From assembly GCA_964410185.1 (NCBI GenBank), contig CAYPFM010000001.1, positions 208,860 to 272,859 of the forward strand: DNA of 64,000 bases. Reading direction: 5' to 3'. The position numbers were made by a program, and so were the translations under genes. This stretch comes from an uncultured Candidatus Saccharibacteria bacterium (GTDB lineage Bacteria > Patescibacteriota > Saccharimonadia > Saccharimonadales > JAUPVS01). A model generated the notes under the pieces. The model was given only the letters and a program-made list of their open reading frames with translations. It was not told where the DNA came from and did no database searches. Below are positions 18,459-26,649 of this stretch, in pieces (position 1 is the stretch's first letter; each line of letters begins with the position of its first letter).

Positions 18459-20297
18459 ATGGCAGACAAGAAAAAGCCCCAAACTAAGGCCGAATCAACA
18501 CCGCAAGCGCAGGAACCAACCTCAGCGCCCCCCCTGCCAGACCATTTGGCGGCTACGCTGACAGCGGAAGCAATCCCAGAAGAAGCAGCCGAAAAATCTG
18601 ACGACCCAAAGACAGATGCGGCCATCGATGATATTACCGAACACGAGGCTGATGAGGTTCTAGAGGCCGAGGACGCAGATTTGGCCAAGGCTTTTGATCC
18701 TTCGGCCGAACCAAAGGGCTTCAAGGCTAAAGTTGCGGCCGTTGCCAGAGCTTGGTGGAACAATAAGTGGCTTCGCTACGGCACATTCGCCGCATTGGCG
18801 GCAATCATCGTAGCTTTAGCGGCAATACCTCAGAGCCGGTACTTCATCCTTAACACGAGCGGCGTGAGGAGTAGTGCCACGGTCATGGTGATGGATGATA
18901 GCACCCAGCAACCGCTCAAAAATGTTGATGTAAAGTTGGCCAACCAAATGGTTCGAACGGATAGTAACGGTGTCGCCAAGCTGACACATCTTAAGCTTGG
19001 TGCTACCAAGTTAGTGATTGTCCGACGGGCCTTTGCGCCAATCACCAAAAACCTAACCATAGGGTGGGGAAGTAATCCGTTAGGAAACTTTAATCTCAAG
19101 CCAACTGGAACGCAGTATACGTTTGTGATTACCGACTTCTTATCCGGTAAGCCGGTCACCAAAGCCGAAGCCAATGCCAACGAAGCCAATGCCGTCGCCG
19201 ATGAAAAGGGCGAAGCTGTTCTCACGGTTGACGCCAACGAGAATAACGACCTATCGGTTACCATTAAAGCCGAAGGTTACCGCGATGTTACCATGCCGCT
19301 CAGTCTCGATGATAAGTCGGTGCACAAAGTGGCTCTAGTGCCCTCCCAAAAGCATGCCTTTGTCTCTAAGCGCTCCGGTAAATACGATCTATACGCCATT
19401 GACGTTGATGGAACCAACGAAAAAGTCTTGCTCGCCGGTTCCGGGAACGAGCGTGATGATATTAGTGTTGTGCCGAACCCAGCCGCCAGCGTCGTGGCGC
19501 TCACTTCTAGCCGAGATAATAACCGCAATAAAGACGGCTTTCTGCTAACGAGCCTGAACGTTATTGATACTAAAACGGGTCAGCGAACACCAGTTACACA
19601 GTCAGAAAGAATCCAGGTTATCGATTGGATTGGCAGTCGTCTGATTTTTGTTCAGGTGGCCGCCGGCGCTAGCGCCAATAATCCTCGAAGGCAACGACTG
19701 ATGAGTTACGACTACACCACCAATACCCAGAAGGAGCTAGCTACCAGTAATTACTTTTATGATTTGGTGGCCGCCGGTGGCAATATCTACTACGCTACTT
19801 CTGATGCTGCCCAGGTAGGTCAGGCGGGCTTTTTCAAATCTAACGCCGACGGCTCAAGCAAGATTACCTTACTCAACAAAGAGGTTTGGAATATATTCCG
19901 AACCCAGTACGACCATCTGAGTCTGGCAGTTGGCCAGGATTGGTATGACTATAAGGTTGGGGATGCCTCAACAAATAAGTCTAGTGCCCCAGCCAGCCAG
20001 CAAAATCGGGTCTACCAAGATGATAGTGGTCGCAAGAATAGTTTGTGGGTGGACAGTCGTGACGGGAAGGGCGTTTTACTGAAGTATGACACTACTACCC
20101 AAAAGGATGTGGTGCTGAAGACACAAAGTGGTTTGAGTAGCCCTATCTACTGGCTCAACGACCACTATGCCGTCTACCGTATTCATACCGATCAAGAAAC
20201 AGCCGACTACGTCATCAATCTTGATGGTGGCCAGCCGCGCAAAGTAAGTGATGTGACAAACACTTCCGGGTTGGGGCAGTGGTACTACTATCAGTAA
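18459..20297 (+). CDS. hypothetical membrane-anchored extracytoplasmic protein
   Basis: 612 aa. Acidic disordered N-terminus, one TM helix (YGTFAALAAIIVALAAI) and a large beta-rich C-terminal region. Confidence 0.55.
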   Translation: MADKKKPQTKAESTPQAQEPTSAPPLPDHLAATLTAEAIPEEAAEKSDDPKTDAAIDDITEHEADEVLEAEDADLAKAFDPSAEPKGFKAKVAAVARAWWNNKWLRYGTFAALAAIIVALAAIPQSRYFILNTSGVRSSATVMVMDDSTQQPLKNVDVKLANQMVRTDSNGVAKLTHLKLGATKLVIVRRAFAPITKNLTIGWGSNPLGNFNLKPTGTQYTFVITDFLSGKPVTKAEANANEANAVADEKGEAVLTVDANENNDLSVTIKAEGYRDVTMPLSLDDKSVHKVALVPSQKHAFVSKRSGKYDLYAIDVDGTNEKVLLAGSGNERDDISVVPNPAASVVALTSSRDNNRNKDGFLLTSLNVIDTKTGQRTPVTQSERIQVIDWIGSRLIFVQVAAGASANNPRRQRLMSYDYTTNTQKELATSNYFYDLVAAGGNIYYATSDAAQVGQAGFFKSNADGSSKITLLNKEVWNIFRTQYDHLSLAVGQDWYDYKVGDASTNKSSAPASQQNRVYQDDSGRKNSLWVDSRDGKGVLLKYDTTTQKDVVLKTQSGLSSPIYWLNDHYAVYRIHTDQETADYVINLDGGQPRKVSDVTNTSGLGQWYYYQ

Positions 20298-20514
20298 AAA
20301 AGCGAAACCCTGGTTCAAAAAGCTCCGTGGCAGCTATATCCCCTGCAGTTGGCAGGGCGCGCTAACCTACATCCCGTTTGTTGTCTTTCTGCTCACCGTT
20401 TTAGTGGCGGCTCTACGCACTCAGCAATCGGTGAGCGATGTCTTTTATATGATTTTCCCGCAGTGGGTGGCGGCCGCGGTGGTCATGACTTGGATTGCTG
20501 CCCGTAAGTCATAG
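20290..20514 (+). CDS. candidate small 2-TM membrane protein without a canonical start codon
   Basis: Open frame ...ISKKAKPWFKKLRGSYIPCSWQGALTYIPFVVFLLTVLVAALRTQQSVSDVFYMIFPQWVAAAVVMTWIAARKS*. There is no ATG/GTG/TTG before the first helix. The ATC at 20290 is the only near-cognate option. Confidence 0.3.
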   Translation: MSKKAKPWFKKLRGSYIPCSWQGALTYIPFVVFLLTVLVAALRTQQSVSDVFYMIFPQWVAAAVVMTWIAARKS

Positions 20515-20528
20515 CCTATAATAGGGGC

Positions 20529-21323
20529 GTGCAAGAAGCTGTTTGGGACTATTACACTCACCACGGACGTGACATGCCTTGGCGTCACCCCGACGTTGGC
20601 GGTGCTTTTGATGCGTACAAAATCCTAGTCTCGGAAATCATGCTGCAACAAACCCAGGTCAGCCGCGTCACCCCAAAATACCTCAGTTTTATTGAGCAAT
20701 TCCCAACGGTTACTACACTTGCTCGGGCCCCGCTCGCGGAGGTACTCAAGGCATGGAGTGGTCTGGGTTATAACCGACGCGCCCAGTATCTGCACCAGGC
20801 TGCTCAAATGACCGGGAAGCAGTTGCCAGCAACACTTACAGGCTTGGTTGCGCTCCCAGGCATAGGCCCAAATACCGCTGCCGCAATTATGAACTACGCC
20901 TACAATCAACCGATCCCTTTTGTCGAAACCAACATTAGAACGGTTTACATCCACCATTATTTCAGTGACTACAAAGAACCCGTCAGCGACAAGAAGTTGT
21001 TGCCACTGGTAGCAGAAACAATCGATCAGGAGCATCCGCGGGAATGGTTTTGGGCATTAATGGACTACGGCGCCCACCTTAAGGAAACGGTTGGCAATCT
21101 CAATCGCCAGAGCGCGCACTACACGAGGCAGTCTGCGTTTGAAGGCTCACGCCGACAGATTCGAGGGCAGGTGATAAAGCTACTCAATCAGGCGCCCCAC
21201 GCCCAAGCAGACTTGGCGCGACAAATCCCGGACGAACGACTTGATTCGGTGCTGAGCGACCTGCTGCGTGAGGGGCTGATAGTTAAGACCAAAACAATGT
21301 ACAATACACCCCATGACATTTGA
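20529..21323 (+). CDS. MutY-like HhH-GPD adenine DNA glycosylase, cysteine-free
   Basis: SEIMLQQTQV, WSGLGYNRRA and LPGIGPNTAAAI motifs. The 264-aa sequence contains no Cys. GTG start. Confidence 0.75.
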   Translation: MQEAVWDYYTHHGRDMPWRHPDVGGAFDAYKILVSEIMLQQTQVSRVTPKYLSFIEQFPTVTTLARAPLAEVLKAWSGLGYNRRAQYLHQAAQMTGKQLPATLTGLVALPGIGPNTAAAIMNYAYNQPIPFVETNIRTVYIHHYFSDYKEPVSDKKLLPLVAETIDQEHPREWFWALMDYGAHLKETVGNLNRQSAHYTRQSAFEGSRRQIRGQVIKLLNQAPHAQADLARQIPDERLDSVLSDLLREGLIVKTKTMYNTPHDI

Positions 21324-21645
21324 TGAATACCAAAAAGTGGCCCTTACCACGGCCATCAACCACCCCGACAAACTAATGAACCAGACCATCTTTGCGATGG
21401 GTATCTCTGGTGAAGCCGGGGAAGTGCTGGAAAAGTGGAAGAAGATTGTCGCCTACGAAGACGGTGTCATCACCGACGAGAAGATCACCGACCTTAAAAA
21501 AGAACTTGGTGATGTAGTTTGGTATGTGGCCGTTATGGCGCACAGTCTTGGGCTGAGTTTTGACGAAGTTATGCAACTGAATGTGGACAAATTAGCCAGT
21601 CGCAAAGCCCGTGGCACCCAACGAGGGCACGGCGACAACCGATAA
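21313..21645 (+). CDS. MazG-like nucleotide pyrophosphohydrolase
   Basis: 110 aa with GEAGEVLEKWKK...ELGDVVWYV EExxE/D-type motifs. Overlaps the upstream gene by 11 nt. Confidence 0.75.
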   Translation: MTFDEYQKVALTTAINHPDKLMNQTIFAMGISGEAGEVLEKWKKIVAYEDGVITDEKITDLKKELGDVVWYVAVMAHSLGLSFDEVMQLNVDKLASRKARGTQRGHGDNR

Positions 21646-21675
21646 TATACGATACCGCTCAGCTAAGCATAAGGG

Positions 21676-21704
21676 TTGCATTCTCATTGAGGAATCAGTA
21701 TAGT
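21676..21704 (+). promoter_or_regulatory. promoter TTGCAT-17-TATAGT
   Basis: Hexamers at 21676-21681 and 21699-21704, upstream of the ORF starting at 21727. Confidence 0.45.
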
Positions 21705-21726
21705 CCAAGTATTAAGGATAAAAAAT

Positions 21727-23067
21727 ATGCCTGCTAAAACAAAAAAACAAAAAAATGGCTCCAGTAACATATTCACAAAATTTTCTAACAGCTCGGGTAA
21801 GTTCAAGCTCTTATCGTTCATAGTTGTCTTTGCGGTGATTGGGCTGGCGACAGTTCTGCTCTCGCACGCCGCGACAGGAGATGGGAGTGTACCAATCTAC
21901 CGTTCCTTTAGCCCGACAGCTAAAGCCCACCTGTTCACAGCCAATGGTACAGAGGCCAATGGTACGCAGGGTCTCAGTTACGAAGGTGTTGCATTTTATG
22001 CCTGGAGCAACGGTCTGGATGGGCGAGTTCCGGTTTACCGAATCTTTGTTAATAACAGCCATCTTTACACATCCTCAACAGCCGAAAAGGATATTGTTCT
22101 AAAAGGTGGTGGCAAATTAGAGGGAATTGCTTGGTATGCCTATTCAGGAGCTGCCCCCGCGAGAATCCCGATCTATCGTTTAGCAGCCGCTAACGGTGAC
22201 CATATGTATGTGGCCAGTGCTGGTGAGCGAGACGCAATCAGTGGTCCGGGCAAGGGCTATACCTACGAAGGCATCGCCTTTTATGTATCTGATCACAGTG
22301 TGCCTCTTAACTACAACGCACCAAGTGGCGTCGTTGATACTGCGACTTGTAAAAACATTGCCGGATGGGCTGTCGATAAAGACTTACCTGATAATGGCGT
22401 GCCTATTAATGTGTACATCGATGGCAAAGGCTATGACCTAGGCTTTACCTCGGTTCCTCGTGGTGACGTCAATGCTGCCGCTCGTGTGGCAGGCAACCAT
22501 GGGTTTAACATGGCTGTTCCGGCAAGCTGGAGCGACGGCCAGGCACACACCTGGGTTGCTTACGCGCTGAACATTGATTCATTCAAGAACGTGATTGGTA
22601 GAAACGTTGAACTAAAACGCGGTGAGTGGGCATGTAACAGTGCTGGTCAGGACGTTATGCCGCAAATTCTAGCGCAGCGAGCCGAAGCAGAACGGCAACG
22701 GCTAGCCGCGATTGCTGCAGCAGAGGCTAAGGCCGAACAGGACAGAAAGATTATCGCTTATGCCGTTGCTGTCGAACAAGCCAAACAGAACGAAGCCGCT
22801 GCCGCTGCCCAGAGTCAGCAAGTGGCAGCTGCTATCAACGCAGCAGCCAGTGGTGTACGGAACCGACAAATGGCAGCCGTCATTACTATCGCCGCTGCCG
22901 AGGCTCGTAACAAGCAAAATGCCGCCCAAGTACTTAGCTCGAACGTTAACAACGCTGCCGCCCAAATAGTTGCCCAGACCATAACAAGTAGCCTGAATGG
23001 CCCAATCGGGGCAATCAATGCCAGAAGTGCCATCGGCGCAAACATTGGCCGCGCAATCTCAAGATAA
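21727..23067 (+). CDS. secreted/anchored protein with three tandem repeats and an Ala/Gln-rich tail
   Basis: N-terminal TM or signal segment. Three repeats of the form (V/I)P(I/V)YR...H(L/M)(F/Y)...YEG(V/I)A(F/W)Y. C-terminus is low complexity. Confidence 0.6.
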   Translation: MPAKTKKQKNGSSNIFTKFSNSSGKFKLLSFIVVFAVIGLATVLLSHAATGDGSVPIYRSFSPTAKAHLFTANGTEANGTQGLSYEGVAFYAWSNGLDGRVPVYRIFVNNSHLYTSSTAEKDIVLKGGGKLEGIAWYAYSGAAPARIPIYRLAAANGDHMYVASAGERDAISGPGKGYTYEGIAFYVSDHSVPLNYNAPSGVVDTATCKNIAGWAVDKDLPDNGVPINVYIDGKGYDLGFTSVPRGDVNAAARVAGNHGFNMAVPASWSDGQAHTWVAYALNIDSFKNVIGRNVELKRGEWACNSAGQDVMPQILAQRAEAERQRLAAIAAAEAKAEQDRKIIAYAVAVEQAKQNEAAAAAQSQQVAAAINAAASGVRNRQMAAVITIAAAEARNKQNAAQVLSSNVNNAAAQIVAQTITSSLNGPIGAINARSAIGANIGRAISR

Positions 23068-23089
23068 GTATAAATAAAGGAAATAAAAC

Positions 23090-23512
23090 ATGAAAACTAA
23101 CAAAATACTACTAATCATCGCCATCGTCGTTGCCGTGCCAGCACTATTATTTGCGGGCTTCGCTTTCCGAGGCTACTACGAAACAAAGCAGGAAAAGGCT
23201 GCTAGTAGCGTCGCAAAGACGTTCGTCGCAGACATCGCAAGTGGCAATACAAATGGGGCTTACGCGCTTACAGGCAAGGCGCTTCAAGCTGGACAGAAAT
23301 CAGATGAGTTTAATTCGACCATGGCCGACTTAAAAGCCAGCTCTCCGAAGTACGAAGCAGCTCAGGTTATGCGACAGGGCTCCCAAGTCTTCTATGTGCA
23401 GCGAGTCACTGGTTTACCAACTACTAAAACAGGTAGTGACGCCGGCAACTTCTATCTTGCGCTCAGCAAAGAGGGCGGTAGCTGGAAGGTAACAACAGCA
23501 ACCGTATTCTAG
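23090..23512 (+). CDS. hypothetical N-terminally anchored protein
   Basis: 140-aa ORF with one N-terminal TM helix. Confidence 0.5.
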   Translation: MKTNKILLIIAIVVAVPALLFAGFAFRGYYETKQEKAASSVAKTFVADIASGNTNGAYALTGKALQAGQKSDEFNSTMADLKASSPKYEAAQVMRQGSQVFYVQRVTGLPTTKTGSDAGNFYLALSKEGGSWKVTTATVF

Positions 23513-24813
23513 CTCTCGGTTTGACTAAACCGTTCACGCAGCCACTCATCGAGGCTGTCACCACCGCCACCGGCCATACCAACCACCATATCGCCCTGCG
23601 CGAGGTGCTTACGGATTACAGTTTCCAAAGCCTCGTCACGCTCCATGGCCGTAGCGAGTGAGGGGTCAGCCAGGTGCTGGATCATTTCAGCCGGTGGGAT
23701 AATACGCTGTTTGGGATCTTCTCGGGCTAGGTAGCTTGGTATCCAGTAAACGTGCTGAGCGCCGCTAAAACAATCCTTATAATCATCAATCATGTAATGC
23801 TGTCGTCGGTTAGTTAGTGGCTCGTAAACAACGATGAGCTTCTTGCCCTGAGCTTGGGCCATTTCCAGGGCTACACTCATACCGCCGCGAACCTTTTCGG
23901 GTGTATGGGCGTAATCACTGTAAAGACCGGGCGCAATCACTTCCATACGGCGTTGTGTACCCGGGAACTGGTTGATCATCTGTACGAGCAACGAAACGGC
24001 CGAGCCGGTGATTTGATGTACCGCCTGAACCGCCAGCCAGGCATCTAAGCGGTTATAGTGGCCTGCCAGCGTAATTGTACTGATCTGAGGGTCGGTAGCC
24101 CTCAAAACGCCTAACCGTGGCTCTGCCTGCAGGGAAAGATAACGGTAGTCTTCTTCCCAAATAAAGGTTTTCTGGCTCTGGTTAATAAAATCCCGAAAAG
24201 CTTGCTGGTAGTCGGCGCGCTCCGGGAAAATTTCATGGTGATCCCAGGTTACGCCGGTAATGAGGCTAACGAAGGGTCGAAACGCCAAAAAATTACGGTC
24301 AAACTCATCGGCCTCGTAAACAAAGTACTGACTCACCGGGTTAAACTGCCCCATTTCACCAAAACTAATCTTGGCACCAACTGAGTAGCTGATAGGGTGC
24401 TTCAGTTGCTTAAAAAGCCAAATAACCATTGCGGTGGCGGTGGTTTTTCCGTGCGTGCCAGCGATTGCCACCAACTGAAGCTTCTTCTTTTCTAGTATCA
24501 GGTTGAGGAGCTCGTCTCGCTTGCTGACTCTAATCCCATTGGCTCGAGCGAACTCTAGCTCCGGATGATGCGGATTTTCCTTGGAAATCGCCGAAGAGTA
24601 GACGAACCAGTCAATGGGCTCTGCTTGATGGACGGCAGCTATGCTGGCTTGATCCTGCCCAATATGAATGTTACTGAGGCCATGCTTCTTGAGGTAGTCA
24701 ATGTATTGCGAGGCTTGCTTGTCTGACCCGGATACTTCGAACCCAGCCTGCTTGGCAATTAACGCCAGAGGGCCGATGGCGGTGCCACCAATGCCCGAGA
24801 AGTAGATATGCAT
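23509..24813 (-). CDS. Mur ligase family protein (MurC/Mpl-like)
   Basis: MHIYFSGIGGTAIGPLALIAKQAGFEVSGSD N-terminus and a GTHGKTTATAM P-loop. Confidence 0.8.
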   Translation of the reverse strand: MHIYFSGIGGTAIGPLALIAKQAGFEVSGSDKQASQYIDYLKKHGLSNIHIGQDQASIAAVHQAEPIDWFVYSSAISKENPHHPELEFARANGIRVSKRDELLNLILEKKKLQLVAIAGTHGKTTATAMVIWLFKQLKHPISYSVGAKISFGEMGQFNPVSQYFVYEADEFDRNFLAFRPFVSLITGVTWDHHEIFPERADYQQAFRDFINQSQKTFIWEEDYRYLSLQAEPRLGVLRATDPQISTITLAGHYNRLDAWLAVQAVHQITGSAVSLLVQMINQFPGTQRRMEVIAPGLYSDYAHTPEKVRGGMSVALEMAQAQGKKLIVVYEPLTNRRQHYMIDDYKDCFSGAQHVYWIPSYLAREDPKQRIIPPAEMIQHLADPSLATAMERDEALETVIRKHLAQGDMVVGMAGGGGDSLDEWLRERFSQTES

Positions 24814-24929
24814 AACCTAAGTCTACCAGATACAGAGGCCCTAGTCAGTAGCTCGTACTGCCGTCCTCGCTTCGCTGCGGGATGTAGTACTCACAACTGG
24901 CTAGGACCCAAGTCTGGTATACTTAGGTT
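24814..24929. promoter_or_regulatory. 116-nt imperfect palindrome filling a divergent intergenic region (probable mirror-image promoters)
   Basis: Arms aacctaagtCtaccaga (24814-24830) and tctggtaTacttaggtt (24913-24929), plus inner matched blocks cctagTcagt / actgGctagg. The outward-facing hexamers are TAGACT and TATACT. Confidence 0.45.
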
Positions 24930-24949
24930 AGTAACTCTAAAAAATAAAA

Positions 24950-25561
24950 ATGAACAAAAAGCATCTGCATCATATCTGGCGCAAACTTCGGTCGGTTAAA
25001 CCGTGGTATTTCTTGGCGGCTGCGGTTATTTGCGGCTTAGTTGGTATCTACAGCTTGCGCCAGAATAACCTGACGATGGTTCGGCTGCGCGAAAAAGTCT
25101 ACCAAGCTGACCAGAGTGGCCAGAACATAGAAGGCTCTTTGCGTGACCTGCGGGAATACGTTTACGCCCACATGAACACCAACCTAACCAGTGGCAATAA
25201 TGCCATTTATCCGCCGATTCAGCTTAAGTACAGTTATGACCGCGCGCTTAACGCGAGCAAACCAGTTGGCGATGACCCCAATACCAAGATCTATAGTGAT
25301 GCTCAAGCCGAGTGTGAGAAACAGTTCCCGAAGGGCCTATCCGGAAGTGGGCGAATTCCTTGTATCCAAGAGTATGTGGCTAGCCACGGAATTAAAGAAA
25401 CGACCTTGCCGGTCGCTTCTTTGTACGAATTTGATTTTGTGTCACCGCGGTGGTCACCCGATGTGGCTGGTCTGAGCTTAGTGGCTGCAGCCATCTTCCT
25501 GATTCTCTTCATCCTACGATGGCTATCAGAGAAGTGGCTGCGAGCCGAGCTCGAGAGCTAA
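24950..25561 (+). CDS. hypothetical membrane protein (TM helix at each end)
   Basis: 203-aa ORF. Confidence 0.5.
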   Translation: MNKKHLHHIWRKLRSVKPWYFLAAAVICGLVGIYSLRQNNLTMVRLREKVYQADQSGQNIEGSLRDLREYVYAHMNTNLTSGNNAIYPPIQLKYSYDRALNASKPVGDDPNTKIYSDAQAECEKQFPKGLSGSGRIPCIQEYVASHGIKETTLPVASLYEFDFVSPRWSPDVAGLSLVAAAIFLILFILRWLSEKWLRAELES

Positions 25562-26161
25562 CTACTGCTTCTTAGTAGTTTCGTTGGCAGCAGGCGTGCT
25601 ATTTGCTGCTGGTGCTGCACAGTTCTGGCCATTTGGGTTTTGCTTTTGGAAGTCTGCGATTGCCTTGGACACTTGGCCATCACTCTTAAGGTTTTCCCAG
25701 AAGACGACTTGCGAAGCATTAATGACCATCTGGTCTGAAGGACCGTGTAATTCACAACCAAGCTTGACTAGCGAGACATCATTTGATGATGAGCTGTTGG
25801 CATTTGGCTGTACAGTCTGATTAACACGCAAGTAGTAGATGTTACTCATGGCAATGTACTTTTCGTTCAGAGAAGTAATTTTACCGAAGTAAACCTGACC
25901 GCCATTTAGGAAGACTGCCTGGTACTGCTTAGTATCGACATACTTGCTTTCTTGACGAGTCTTGCTTGTAGCGATTGAAAACACTAAAGCGATGAGAAGC
26001 ATGACAACTGAGAATAGTAAAACGAGGGAAGCCCACTTAAGGACGACACCCAACTTTTTATTATTCTTTTTAGAACTTGATGCACTTTTCGGTGCTGGAG
26101 CTCCGGCTGCTGGAGCAGGGGCATTATTGCGCTGTGCAAAATCCATGATTTTTGTGACCAC
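25562..26161 (-). CDS. hypothetical N-terminally anchored protein
   Basis: 199-aa ORF with a basic, low-complexity N-terminus followed by a TM helix. Confidence 0.5.
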   Translation of the reverse strand: MVTKIMDFAQRNNAPAPAAGAPAPKSASSSKKNNKKLGVVLKWASLVLLFSVVMLLIALVFSIATSKTRQESKYVDTKQYQAVFLNGGQVYFGKITSLNEKYIAMSNIYYLRVNQTVQPNANSSSSNDVSLVKLGCELHGPSDQMVINASQVVFWENLKSDGQVSKAIADFQKQNPNGQNCAAPAANSTPAANETTKKQ

Positions 26162-26283
26162 CTTTACCTTTAAACACTAATGAATGGTAGTAGTGTAATA
26201 CATAAGCAGATTGTTATGCAACGGGGTTGTTATAAAAACTTTAAGAAACAGGGGTCCACCGTTGTGGATTAGTTATAAAACTG

Positions 26284-26312
26284 TTGACAAGCGCTGCCAC
26301 CCTCGTTATGTT
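26284..26312 (+). promoter_or_regulatory. promoter TTGACA-17-TATGTT
   Basis: Hexamers at 26284-26289 and 26307-26312, upstream of the small ORF at 26358. Confidence 0.45.
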
Positions 26313-26357
26313 AGGGATACATTACTAAGTCATAAGAGAGAGGGAGAGAATCTTACC

Positions 26358-26555
26358 ATGGCATACAAGCACACGAACAGTAAGGGTGTTACATACTACC
26401 TAAACAGCAAAGACGTCACATTGCGCGGCGGCAAATTACAGCGCATCTACTACTTCAGCAAAGACGAGCGCCCAGAAGCCTCAGATCTTCCTGATGGCTA
26501 CTCAGTCAATGAAAACCCACGCAATGGTTTCTTGACCATCAAAAAAGGCGCCTAA
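26358..26555 (+). CDS. hypothetical 65-aa protein
   Basis: Internal ATG of track ORF 26211..26555, preceded by the purine-rich agagagagggagagaa. Own promoter and terminator. Confidence 0.5.
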   Translation: MAYKHTNSKGVTYYLNSKDVTLRGGKLQRIYYFSKDERPEASDLPDGYSVNENPRNGFLTIKKGA

Positions 26556-26583
26556 GTAATACTTAACGCTTTTCAAAACTCCA

Positions 26584-26613
26584 AACACCCGGGCCAAGCG
26601 CTCGGGTGTTTTA
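26584..26613 (+). terminator. intrinsic terminator
   Basis: aacacccg...cgggtgtt hairpin followed by TTTT. Confidence 0.5.
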
Positions 26614-26614
26614 G

Positions 26615-26643
26615 TTAACACGTTAAGTAACATCTGATATAGT
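26615..26643 (+). promoter_or_regulatory. promoter TTAACA-17-TATAGT, 6 nt from the ATG (leaderless-type)
   Basis: The -10 hexamer ends at 26643 and the ATG is at 26650. Confidence 0.45.
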
Positions 26644-26649
26644 GGACAT

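Noticed and set aside
21727-23067. The Ala/Gln-rich C-terminal region, considered as a tandem DNA repeat array.
   Set aside because: It is low-complexity at the protein level, but the nucleotide sequence is not a regular tandem repeat.
24814-24929. SRP (4.5S) RNA, suggested by the long-hairpin shape and a GGGATGTAG string also present in E. coli 4.5S RNA.
   Set aside because: The universally conserved domain IV sequence (CAGGUCCGGAAGGAAGCAGC with GGAA tetraloop) is absent on both strands.
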